Shown: one piece after another, positions 18,425 through 27,668 of the stretch
Layout: each line of letters starts with the position of its first letter
How positions within the stretch are numbered: the stretch's first letter is position 1
The notes under the pieces: generated by a model
Seen by the model: only the letters and a program-made list of their open reading frames with translations
What the model was told of the DNA's origin: nothing
Databases searched by the model: none
Made by a program: the position numbers and the translations under genes
Source: an uncultured Gemmatimonadota bacterium
GTDB taxonomy: Bacteria; SM23-81
Direction: 5' to 3'
DNA length: 60,371 nt
NCBI GenBank assembly: GCA_964584035.1
Contig: CAZOYL010000001.1
Location: forward strand, 1 to 60,371

Positions 18425-18432
18425 GGGGTTCC

Positions 18433-19911
18433 ATGTCAGGATCTTTCCGAGTTCTCTTCTCCGCCGCTGAAGTCGTTCCCTATGCAAAAGTGGGCGGTTT
18501 GGCCGATGTGGCCGGAGCTTTGCCCAAAGCCCTGGTCGAAAGCGATCTGGACGTGCGCATCATCATGCCCCTGTATGGATCTATTTCGAAGAAAAATTTT
18601 GGTATTCGCAAAATTGAAAAAATGCCGCCCCTGAGCGTTCCCCCCGACGGGGAGAAAGCCGTTTTCTGGCAGGCCACCCTGCCCGACAGCGCCGTGAAGA
18701 TCCTGTTCGTGGAGAATCGGACGTTTTTCGGACGAGCCGGCATCTACGCCCACCCCAGAACGGGACAGGGATATGATGATAACGCCCTGCGTTTCAGTTT
18801 TTACAACCGGGCGCTGGTGGAATACATCAGAGGAAACGATTGGGTCCCCGATATCCTTCACGGCAACGATTATCACTGCGGGTTGATCCCCGCCTACCTG
18901 AGAACGCGATATGCCGATGATCCCGTCCTGAGCGGCATCAAGACCGTTTTCAGCATCCATAATCTGGCCTATCAGGGACGCTTCCCGATGGACATCTTTC
19001 CCCGGCTGGATCTGCCGGATTATTTGGCTCAGCCCATGGGAGCCCTCGAGTTTTTCGGGGACATCAATTACATGAAGGCCGGCTTGATCTTTTCCGATGT
19101 GCTCAATACCGTCAGCGAGCAATATGCCCAGGAGATACAGTCAAGCGGCGAGTACGGTGCCGGCCTTGAGGGCGTCCTGCAAAGCCGGAGCAAAGATCTG
19201 TATGGGATCCTCAACGGCGTGGACTACTCCCAGTGGAATCCCGAAAGCGACGCTTTCATCGCCCATCGTTACCACCGGGACGATCTTTCCGGCAAGGAGA
19301 AGAATAAAACCGCCCTTCTGGAAACCTTTCAGCTTCCGCAGCCTTCCGGCCGGGTTCCCCTGGTGAGCATGATCTCCCGCCTGGCCGATCAAAAAGGTTT
19401 CGACCTGCTGCTGGAAAAAGCCGAACAGATCCTGCAGCTGGACCTGCAATTGGTCATCCTGGGAACGGGCCAGAAGGAATATCATCGCCGTCTACAGCGG
19501 GTGGCCGGGAAATACCCGGATAAACTCGGACTGGCTCTGACCTTCGATAATGCTCTGGCTCATCAGATCGAGGCCGGAGCCGATCTTTTCCTGATGCCCT
19601 CCCGTTATGAGCCCTGTGGGCTCAACCAGATGTACAGCCTGCGCTATGGAACCATCCCGGTGGTTCGATCTACGGGTGGATTGGCCGATACCGTGACCGA
19701 CCTGGATGCGTCGCCGGAACGGGGCAACGGATTCGTTTTCCGTGACTATGATGGCGGGAAGATGCTGGATGCCATCGTACGGGCCATCAACGCTTATGCT
19801 GATCAAAGCACATGGCATCGACTGGTGCAGCGGGCTATGGACTTCGATTTTTCCTGGGCCCGTTCCGCCGAGCGCTATCGGCAATTATACGAGAAAGCCC
19901 TCCACAAGTGA
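18433..19911 (+). CDS. glgA: Glycogen/starch synthase
   Basis: VLFSAAEVVPYAKVGGLADVAGALPKAL N-terminal motif and PSRYEPCGL. Confidence 0.9.
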   Translation: MSGSFRVLFSAAEVVPYAKVGGLADVAGALPKALVESDLDVRIIMPLYGSISKKNFGIRKIEKMPPLSVPPDGEKAVFWQATLPDSAVKILFVENRTFFGRAGIYAHPRTGQGYDDNALRFSFYNRALVEYIRGNDWVPDILHGNDYHCGLIPAYLRTRYADDPVLSGIKTVFSIHNLAYQGRFPMDIFPRLDLPDYLAQPMGALEFFGDINYMKAGLIFSDVLNTVSEQYAQEIQSSGEYGAGLEGVLQSRSKDLYGILNGVDYSQWNPESDAFIAHRYHRDDLSGKEKNKTALLETFQLPQPSGRVPLVSMISRLADQKGFDLLLEKAEQILQLDLQLVILGTGQKEYHRRLQRVAGKYPDKLGLALTFDNALAHQIEAGADLFLMPSRYEPCGLNQMYSLRYGTIPVVRSTGGLADTVTDLDASPERGNGFVFRDYDGGKMLDAIVRAINAYADQSTWHRLVQRAMDFDFSWARSAERYRQLYEKALHK

Positions 19912-19991
19912 GGCGCCAGAGGGACGTATGACCGAGACGGGGTGGCCGGAGAGCTCCCCGTTTCTTTTTTCCTGCATCCCCAGGGGAAACC

Positions 19992-20936
19992 ATGAAACCG
20001 CCCAGGCTGCGATCGGGTTCCATCATCGGACTGGTGGCTCCAGCCAGCCCGGTTCCACAGGACCGGACGCTGGAGCGTGGTCAGGAGGTGTTGCAGGAAC
20101 TGGGCTTCCGTGTACGTCTGGGGCGGAATGTGCGTCACCGTGAGAGCTACCTGGCCGGGACGGATCAGGCCAGAGCCGAGGATCTCAACCGGATGTTCGC
20201 TGATCCTGAGGTGGAGGCCGTCTTCTGCGTCCGGGGCGGATACGGTGCCGCCCGTCTGCTGGACCGGCTTGATTTCCGTGCTCTCATGTCTCAACCCAAG
20301 GTTCTTCTTGGCTACAGCGACATCACCGCGCTGGAGCTGGCCATTTATCGTCACATCGGCCTGGTCACCTTTTATGGGCCCATGGTCACCACCGAGATGG
20401 CCAAAGACTTTCATGCGGATAATCGCGAACGATTGCTGGAGGCTGTCATGCACACCGAGCCCCCCAGGCCGGTGGCCGGCATCTCCGGCGCATCCTCAGC
20501 AATAGTGATTCGCTCCGGCGTCGCCGAAGGCCGGCTGATCGGAGGGTGTCTGTCCGTTCTGGTCTCCCTGCTGGGGACCGACTGTATGCCCTCTCTGAAA
20601 GGAGCCGTCCTGTTCATCGAAGATCTGGACGAGGAACCCTACCGTCTGGATCGTTATCTGACACAGCTGCGGCTGTCCGGAGAACTTCGTCGGGTGGCCG
20701 GCGTGGCCGTAGGCCAGCTGATCAACTGCGAGCCCCGGGAAGATCGGGCATCCTATATACGATCTCGCGGCTCCATCGATGTCCTTCGGGATCGGGTGGG
20801 CGATCTGGGCGTTCCGGTGCTGGCCGGCCTGGGATTCGGCCATGGACGATATCAAGCCACGCTTCCTCAGGGAGTGACCGTTCGTCTGGATGCCGCTGGC
20901 GGACAGCTGCACTTTCTGGAATCCGGCGTACAGTAG
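19992..20936 (+). CDS. LD-carboxypeptidase (peptidase S66, LdcA/MccF-like)
   Basis: GSIIGLVAPASPV, GYSDITAL (catalytic Ser) and GFGHG motifs. Confidence 0.8.
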   Translation: MKPPRLRSGSIIGLVAPASPVPQDRTLERGQEVLQELGFRVRLGRNVRHRESYLAGTDQARAEDLNRMFADPEVEAVFCVRGGYGAARLLDRLDFRALMSQPKVLLGYSDITALELAIYRHIGLVTFYGPMVTTEMAKDFHADNRERLLEAVMHTEPPRPVAGISGASSAIVIRSGVAEGRLIGGCLSVLVSLLGTDCMPSLKGAVLFIEDLDEEPYRLDRYLTQLRLSGELRRVAGVAVGQLINCEPREDRASYIRSRGSIDVLRDRVGDLGVPVLAGLGFGHGRYQATLPQGVTVRLDAAGGQLHFLESGVQ

Positions 20937-20992
20937 CCGCTGGCCCGCGGGTTCCGCGTTGTTTCTCCCATCTCGCCGGATCTGTTTTCCTC

Positions 20993-23900
20993 ATGATACC
21001 CTCGATGAAAAAAACTCTCGGCGGAATCGTTCTCCTGTCCCTGCTCCTGTGCCTGGCCTTGGTGGCGGCCATGCGGTGGACCCAGCTGCCCACCTGGCTG
21101 ACCAACCGGATTGCCGATCGTTTTCTAGAACCGGCCCTGGCGATAGAGATCGATATCGAGGACGTCGGCGGGGATCTTTTTCACTCCTTCGCCCTCGAGG
21201 GAGTTCAGCTGCGATCCCGGGACGGGAAAATGCTCGCCCGGGTGGCGCTGATCTCTTTGGAATATAATTGGAGAGATCTGGTCCACCGGCAGTGGCGGCT
21301 GGAGAAGTTGATCCTGGGACGTCCGGTTTTCTATCTGACCTCAACGGACCGGCGGGAGCCGGCAGGCCAGTCGGAGAAGAAAGCCATCAGCCTGCCTCTC
21401 GATGCTGTGCCGGATCTCCACTTTCGGGAAATCAAGATCATCAGGGGCCGAATCATCGATGAGAACGGCATACTGGCCGACAGTCTCACCATGAGATGGT
21501 CGCTCGAGGTCGTAGATGCGCGGGCCAGTGTGGAGATCCCCCGGTGCTCCTTCGTTTGGCCCCGGAGGGATCTGTTCCTGCAGACGTGGTCGAGCGATAT
21601 CGTTATTTCCTCTGAGGATATCCGTATCGGCCAGCTGCAGGTCCGTACCCCGCAGTCGGAACTCAGCCTGTCCGGACAGTTGCATCTGTCGCCCAGCCTT
21701 TCCTGTTCGCTTCAGGTGCGGTCCGATTCCCTGCGCCTGGAAGAAGCGGGCCGGATCCTGGCCCAGAGCCGGGTGCCCCCCGGCCGCATCCGGTTGAGCG
21801 GGCAGGTTCGCTCAAACCATGAATTCTGGGATGGGTGGGTCCAGGTGCAGGGTCGAGTGGAGCGATATCACATCGACCGCTTGAGCGGCCGTTTTCTCTG
21901 GAAGGAAGATCGATTGGCGCTCCGCGATCTGATCCTACAGAGTCCCGGGGTCGACCTCAGAGGAGGGGGCCAGCTGCAGTTTGGCGGTCAGGAAGCGGTC
22001 TTCGACGCGGACGTGGTTCTGCGGGACGTGAATCTCCATGCTGTTCTTCCGCAGGTCCCAGCAACGCGGTTGAACGGACGGCTGATGGCAGCCGGGACGG
22101 GGTTGGATCTCGAGTCCCTGAACGTCAGCGCCCAGCTAGATCTCGATTCCTCGGCAGCCGCCGGATATAGCATTCACTCGGCCCGAGGACAATTTAAGTA
22201 TCACCAGGGCATCCTGAGTATTTCCCGGGGCCTGGAGATCGAGAGTCAGGGAGCCCGGCTGCTCATGGTCGGTTCTCTGGACCAGGAACAGCGGCTCAAT
22301 GCCTGGGCCCAGGCGGATATTCCGGATGTGGGGCGGCTGATGCCGGACCGGTCCCTCTCCGGTGCCCTTCAAGCCAGGTTCCAGGCCCAGGGTCTCCTGA
22401 GGGATCCCCAGGTGGCCGGTCAGTTGCAGCTGACCGGTTTCAAACACGGCCAGCACGGAGTGGATCGGGTCCGGGGGAGTTTCGGCCTGTCCGGGGCCGT
22501 CACGCGGGAGGAAGGCTTCTTCGCCTTTCGATTCTTCGACGGTCAGCTGGGCCGGTTGACCATGAATGAAGGGCGGGCCCGGGGCCGGTTACAGGGTCGC
22601 CGTGTGTTTGTGGATTCGCTCTCCGTGACGGGGCCGCAAGCCGCGGTGACGGCCGCGGCCCGGCTGGATGTGACCGAAGATAGCCTGCAGGTTCTGGTGG
22701 AACAACTGCATGGCCGGATACTGGAGACCGAATTTCACGCGGCAAAGCCGCTGGAGATGACCTACCGTGACGGGCAGCTGCGTCTGTCCGATGTCCAGCT
22801 TTTCGCCGGAGACGGTACTCTGTCTGCTGAGGCCGTCATCGGGCCGGGATCTTTAATCGAGGGCCAGCTCCATGTAGAGCAGTACTCGGTGGAAGGATTA
22901 TCCGTCCTGTTCCCCGAAGGCCGACATATCTCCGGGCTGGTTTCCCTCGATGTCGTCGCCGGAGGATCGTTCGATGCCCCGAGGATAGAGGCCGGCCTGG
23001 TCTGGAATGGGGGTCGTTTCGACCGGGTGGATTTCGAACAGTTTCAGGCACAGCTGGATTTCCGTGAAGATCGTCTGACCATCGAAGGGATGGAGGCCAG
23101 AAGAGGCGACACCATCCTGCGCGGACAGGGGCATATCGGTCTGGATATCGCCGCCGGCCGGTTGTCGGCCGACCAAAGCTGGGATGTAATACTCTCCGGC
23201 GAGGGCAGCCGCCTTGATCTGTTGTCCCTGTTGATTGAGGATGTGCAGCGCTTCGAGGGCCCATTCGTCATGGAATTCCGGGCCTCTGGAACGCCCCGGC
23301 AGCCTTCCTACACGGGATTTTTCCGACTCCGGGAGGGAACCCTCAAGCTGACTCCGCTGGGAAATGAAATTCAAAAGGTGGCTCTGAGCGCTCATCTGGA
23401 CGGACAGTATTTGATCATCGACCAGATCAGAGCGGAAACACCCATCCGGGAGCGCAATCTGCTCAAACGTCTGATCGCAAAAATATTCAGGACGAAAAAA
23501 CGCGGGCATCTGGAAGCCCACGGGCGCATCAATCTGGCCGGACCGGCTTTCGATCTGTCGGTAACAGGCAGGAACTTCTACGTCGAATATATCCAGGAGG
23601 AAGCGGAGGCCGAGGCGGACCTGAATCTCCGGGTGACCGGCCAGGGGCGGCCGACCATTGCCGGAGAGATCACCGTGCGTCGGGCCCTGATCAGCCGTTC
23701 GATGGAATCGGCCCCGGAGGGCGCGACGCCCGGGGGACCGCCGCCTTTCGATCTCGATCTGACGGTACAGATCCCGAAGAACGGCTGGCTGCGCAACGAG
23801 GCGGCCGAGATCGAGCTGCGCGGCGAGATCCGGATCACGCAGAAGATGGAAACGCTGAGCCTGCTGGGCGCCTTGAGTACCATCCAGGGAAGTTATTACT

Positions 23901-24472
23901 TCTATGGCCGCAGCTTTCAGATCGATCGGGGCGATGTGATCTTCGATCTTCCCGAAGAGATCAATCCGCAGCTGGACATCAGCGCTTCGACCCGGGTGGG
24001 CGGAGAACGAATCGATCTGGTCATCGGAGGCCGGCTGCGATCGCCCACCGTGACCCTGACTTCCACCTCGGGCTATGGCGAAGGCGACATCATCTCCCTG
24101 CTGACGTTGCATCATACGGGTGCCGGTCTGGACACATTGGGCGCTCAGGAGGTGGTCACCCGGCAGGCTGAAAACTTTTTCGGCGGGTACCTGCAGCAGG
24201 CCTTCAGTCGCAAAACCAGCCGATTTCTGGGAGTGGAGACCTTCAAGATCCAGGCGGATCCGGAGCGCCAGCTGGATCTCCGGGGAGCCGAACTGACCGT
24301 GGGCACCTACCTGTCATCGCAGTTCTACGTCGAATATTCACGTCACCTTTCCCAAGAGAGCGGCGAACAGGTGGGCATCGAATACAGCCTCAGCCGGAAT
24401 CTGTCGCTGCAGGGCCGTCGGGATGAGAACGGGCTCTATCGTCTGGGTCTGAGCGCCCGATGGCAGTACTGA
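20993..24472 (+). CDS. tamB: TamB-like translocation and assembly module protein (DUF490 C-terminus)
   Basis: N-terminal membrane anchor MKKTLGGIVLLSLLLCLALVAA, a long beta-rich body, and the C-terminus GDIISLLTL...VEYS...LSLQGRRDENG...RWQY. ORF-track start 20546 is a 5' extension overlapping the previous gene. Confidence 0.75.
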   Translation: MIPSMKKTLGGIVLLSLLLCLALVAAMRWTQLPTWLTNRIADRFLEPALAIEIDIEDVGGDLFHSFALEGVQLRSRDGKMLARVALISLEYNWRDLVHRQWRLEKLILGRPVFYLTSTDRREPAGQSEKKAISLPLDAVPDLHFREIKIIRGRIIDENGILADSLTMRWSLEVVDARASVEIPRCSFVWPRRDLFLQTWSSDIVISSEDIRIGQLQVRTPQSELSLSGQLHLSPSLSCSLQVRSDSLRLEEAGRILAQSRVPPGRIRLSGQVRSNHEFWDGWVQVQGRVERYHIDRLSGRFLWKEDRLALRDLILQSPGVDLRGGGQLQFGGQEAVFDADVVLRDVNLHAVLPQVPATRLNGRLMAAGTGLDLESLNVSAQLDLDSSAAAGYSIHSARGQFKYHQGILSISRGLEIESQGARLLMVGSLDQEQRLNAWAQADIPDVGRLMPDRSLSGALQARFQAQGLLRDPQVAGQLQLTGFKHGQHGVDRVRGSFGLSGAVTREEGFFAFRFFDGQLGRLTMNEGRARGRLQGRRVFVDSLSVTGPQAAVTAAARLDVTEDSLQVLVEQLHGRILETEFHAAKPLEMTYRDGQLRLSDVQLFAGDGTLSAEAVIGPGSLIEGQLHVEQYSVEGLSVLFPEGRHISGLVSLDVVAGGSFDAPRIEAGLVWNGGRFDRVDFEQFQAQLDFREDRLTIEGMEARRGDTILRGQGHIGLDIAAGRLSADQSWDVILSGEGSRLDLLSLLIEDVQRFEGPFVMEFRASGTPRQPSYTGFFRLREGTLKLTPLGNEIQKVALSAHLDGQYLIIDQIRAETPIRERNLLKRLIAKIFRTKKRGHLEAHGRINLAGPAFDLSVTGRNFYVEYIQEEAEAEADLNLRVTGQGRPTIAGEITVRRALISRSMESAPEGATPGGPPPFDLDLTVQIPKNGWLRNEAAEIELRGEIRITQKMETLSLLGALSTIQGSYYFYGRSFQIDRGDVIFDLPEEINPQLDISASTRVGGERIDLVIGGRLRSPTVTLTSTSGYGEGDIISLLTLHHTGAGLDTLGAQEVVTRQAENFFGGYLQQAFSRKTSRFLGVETFKIQADPERQLDLRGAELTVGTYLSSQFYVEYSRHLSQESGEQVGIEYSLSRNLSLQGRRDENGLYRLGLSARWQY

Positions 24473-24509
24473 GCGGCCGGAGAGGGAATATGACCGCCGG
24501 AGATCCGAC

Positions 24510-26348
24510 ATGATTACACCGATTCCTATAGAGCGTTCCTTAATGGCCGTATTATTGGCCGCCATCCTTCTGGCGCTGAGCGCGACCATGAGCTGGGCCA
24601 TGGCCGTGGATGAGGTCGTTATCGAGGGCAACCAGGCCTTCTCCGATAGACGCATCAGGGGTCTGATGAAGACCAGAGGGAGCAGCTGGTATAAGAGCCG
24701 CCCGCTCGTGCAGAGGAATCTGGAGATCGATCTGGCCGGCATCGAGGCCTTCTATCATAAGAACGGGTTTCTGGATTGTGTCATCGACTGGGAAAAGGTG
24801 GCGGTCGGGGATGAGGACCGGGTCACCCTTCGAATTCTCATTCAGGAGGGTCGCAGGACCTTTGTCCGGGATCTGTTTTTCAGCGGCAACCAGAGGTTGA
24901 GCGACGACGATCTCCTTAACAAACTCCAGACGCGTCTGGGCCAGCCGCTGGACGTCTACCTGTTACGGACCGATATCGGCATCATCGCCAACCTCTATGG
25001 CAACGAGGGTTATCCCTATGCCCGAGCCGCGGCCGATGTCCAACGTGACAGCACCGCCGCCCGGGTGACCTTCCAGATCGTCGAGGGCCAGCCGGTGTAT
25101 ATCCGCCGGTTCGACGTCCGTGGATTACGTCAGGTGAAGACGTCCGTCGTGCGGCGGGAGATGACCATCGGGCCCGGGGATCTCTATGACCGCGAGGATA
25201 TCCTGGACAGCCGCGGGCGGATATACAGCACCGGGCTGTTCAGCTTCGTCGATCTGCGGCTGAAGACCGAATCGGGCGACTCTCTGTCTCCCGACCTGGT
25301 GGCGGTCGTCCAGGAAAGACCCATGCGCTGGTTCGGACTGCGCACCGATGCGGGTCAGGACGAAGAGTATGATATGACCGGCGATCTGAGCGCCGAGTGG
25401 GGCCACAAGAACCTCTTTTCCTCGGGCCGAAAACTTTCCCTGAAGGCGACGGCCACCTTCCGGGTGCTGACCGAATGGGAAAACCTGAAGAACCGGTTGG
25501 ATGTGACCTACACGGAGCCCTGGTTTCTGGGACTCCGTATGCCCGCCTGGGTGAACGTCTATTTTCAGCCGGGCTTAAAATCGAAGGGACGCAGCTACCG
25601 GGTCCAGCGTTTCGGCGGCGAATTCAACCTCAGCCGTGAGCTGGGCCGTTCCTCCCGGATCTGGTCGACCTTTCGTTATGAGAAGGTGGATATCTTCGGC
25701 CTGGATCCGGAGGTGGCCGAACAGTTTCGAAAGCTTTCCGGAGAGCGCATCCGCCGCTATGTCTCCCTCTCGGGGGAGCGGGATACCCGGGACGATGTCT
25801 TTCAGCCCGCTTGCGGTTCGCTGTCCCGCTTTACCACCCAGTTTGTCGGCGGCCCCCTGGGTGGGGACGATCATTATATCAAGGCTCAGATTTCCTGGAA
25901 CAACTATCAGCGTTTCCTTTCTCCAGCCGTTCTGGCCTCTCGGATCAAGCTGGGCTGGGCCGAGAAATACGGCGCCGGCGAGGAGGTGCCCCTGGATGAA
26001 CGTTTCTTCGCCGGGGGCGCCAGTACCGTCCGGGGACTGGCCGAGCGCAGCCTGGGACCCGAGGATTCCGCCGGCAACCCTCTGGGGGGGAAGGCCCTGT
26101 TGCTTTTCAATATCGAGCTGAGACGAAAGATCTGGGGCCGCCTGGGAAGCAGCTTGTTTTTCGATGTGGGCGGAGTCTGGGAAGATCCCCTGGAGGCCAG
26201 ATTCGATCAGCTGTGGTCGTCCACCGGATTGGAGCTGTGGTTTTCCACGCCGGTGGGACCGGTGCGGGTAGCCTACGGGATTCCTCTGGCGAAAGATCTC
26301 CACCCGGTAAAGGGACGTTGGCACCTGGCCATCCTGTTTGCTTTTTGA
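24510..26348 (+). CDS. Omp85-family outer-membrane assembly protein (TamA/BamA-like, POTRA plus beta-barrel)
   Basis: Signal peptide, POTRA-like repeats, the FFAGGASTVRG barrel motif and a C-terminal aromatic residue (F). Confidence 0.8.
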   Translation: MITPIPIERSLMAVLLAAILLALSATMSWAMAVDEVVIEGNQAFSDRRIRGLMKTRGSSWYKSRPLVQRNLEIDLAGIEAFYHKNGFLDCVIDWEKVAVGDEDRVTLRILIQEGRRTFVRDLFFSGNQRLSDDDLLNKLQTRLGQPLDVYLLRTDIGIIANLYGNEGYPYARAAADVQRDSTAARVTFQIVEGQPVYIRRFDVRGLRQVKTSVVRREMTIGPGDLYDREDILDSRGRIYSTGLFSFVDLRLKTESGDSLSPDLVAVVQERPMRWFGLRTDAGQDEEYDMTGDLSAEWGHKNLFSSGRKLSLKATATFRVLTEWENLKNRLDVTYTEPWFLGLRMPAWVNVYFQPGLKSKGRSYRVQRFGGEFNLSRELGRSSRIWSTFRYEKVDIFGLDPEVAEQFRKLSGERIRRYVSLSGERDTRDDVFQPACGSLSRFTTQFVGGPLGGDDHYIKAQISWNNYQRFLSPAVLASRIKLGWAEKYGAGEEVPLDERFFAGGASTVRGLAERSLGPEDSAGNPLGGKALLLFNIELRRKIWGRLGSSLFFDVGGVWEDPLEARFDQLWSSTGLELWFSTPVGPVRVAYGIPLAKDLHPVKGRWHLAILFAF

Positions 26349-26388
26349 TGCTGCGTCTTTCATTTGTTTTTCCAAGCAGGAGGACGTC

Positions 26389-27594
26389 ATGAGCGATGCC
26401 ATGGATATCAGGCCGGCCGCCCGGACTGGGAACATCACCTATGCCGTGCGCGACATTGTGGTGCTGGCCCAGGAGGTGGCTGCCGGCGGCAGGCAAATGC
26501 TCTACCTCAATATCGGAGATCCCAATCAGTTCGATTTTCGGACGCCCGATCATATCATCGAGGCGACCTATCGGGCCATGAGGGATAACCATAATGGCTA
26601 TTCGCCTTCCTCAGGCATCCCGGGAGCTCTTCAGGCCATCGAGGCTCAGGCGGAACGAAAAGGTATCGAAAACATCCTGGACATCTTTATCACCAGCGGG
26701 GTCAGTGAGGCCATCGATGTATGCTTCACGGCCTTGGTCGATGACGGAGAGAACATCCTGATCCCCACGCCCGTCTATCCGCTCTATTCGGCCGTGCTGA
26801 ACAAGCTGGGGGCGCGCCCGAATTTCTATTTTCTCGATGAGGACAACGGCTGGCAACCGGATGTGGACGATATCAGAGAAAAGATCGACAACCAAACGCG
26901 GGGCCTCGTTCTGATCAATCCGAATAATCCGACCGGCTCGGTGTGCAGCGAGGAAACTCTCCGGGAGATCGTCGAACTGGCCCGTCAGCATAGCCTGGTC
27001 ATCTTTGCCGACGAGATCTACGATCAACTGATCTTGGAGGACAGGCAGCACCACTCCGTGGCGGCCTTGGATGCCGATGTGCCGGTGATCACCTTCAACG
27101 GTTTATCCAAGGCCTACTTGGTGCCGGGCTTCCGCATCGGCTGGGGGGTGGCCAGCGGAAACCAAAAGAATATGGCCTCTTACCTGGAAGCTGTGAACAA
27201 ACTTCTCAGGGCTCGTCTGTGCGCCAATCATCCGGAACAATACGCCATCGCACCGGCCCTGCAGGGCGATCAGAGACATCTCCAGGAGATGAAAGCCAAG
27301 CTGATCCGCCGCCGGGACCTGACCGTCAGGATGCTCAACGCCATACCGGGTATTTCCTGTGTCAAACCGGAGGGCGCTTTCTATGCCTTTCCGCGATTGG
27401 AGATCGATGGATCCGACTGGGATTTCGTCCGGGCCCTGATCCGCGAGACCGGGGTGGTGGTGGTTCCCGGCGGAGGTTTCGGACAGAGGCCGGGCAGCCA
27501 GCATTTCCGGGTCGTTTTTCTGCCCCCGGAGGAGGTGCTGGAACAGGCCTACGATCACATCGGCCGTTTCCTGCAGACCTATGCGGCCTCCTGA
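26389..27594 (+). CDS. Class I/II PLP aminotransferase (AlaA/AspC-like)
   Basis: NPNNPTG and NGLSKAYLVPGFRIGW (PLP lysine) motifs. AGGAGGA RBS. Confidence 0.8.
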   Translation: MSDAMDIRPAARTGNITYAVRDIVVLAQEVAAGGRQMLYLNIGDPNQFDFRTPDHIIEATYRAMRDNHNGYSPSSGIPGALQAIEAQAERKGIENILDIFITSGVSEAIDVCFTALVDDGENILIPTPVYPLYSAVLNKLGARPNFYFLDEDNGWQPDVDDIREKIDNQTRGLVLINPNNPTGSVCSEETLREIVELARQHSLVIFADEIYDQLILEDRQHHSVAALDADVPVITFNGLSKAYLVPGFRIGWGVASGNQKNMASYLEAVNKLLRARLCANHPEQYAIAPALQGDQRHLQEMKAKLIRRRDLTVRMLNAIPGISCVKPEGAFYAFPRLEIDGSDWDFVRALIRETGVVVVPGGGFGQRPGSQHFRVVFLPPEEVLEQAYDHIGRFLQTYAAS

Positions 27595-27668
27595 TGACCA
27601 CGGCCAGAGCCGGGCTGGTATGATCCCGGGAAGATGATCCCTAAAAACCGGTGCGGGTAAGAACGACT

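Noticed and set aside
20546-20992. Long 5' extensions in the ORF track (20546, 33444, 36847, 10772, 3499, 2183, 12117, 41116) that might suggest fusions, frameshifts or pseudogenes
   Set aside because: The extensions overlap the preceding gene in another frame and are Arg/Pro/Gly-rich. In each case an internal ATG or GTG with a Shine-Dalgarno sequence or a 4-nt stop/start overlap gives a protein with the expected N-terminus.
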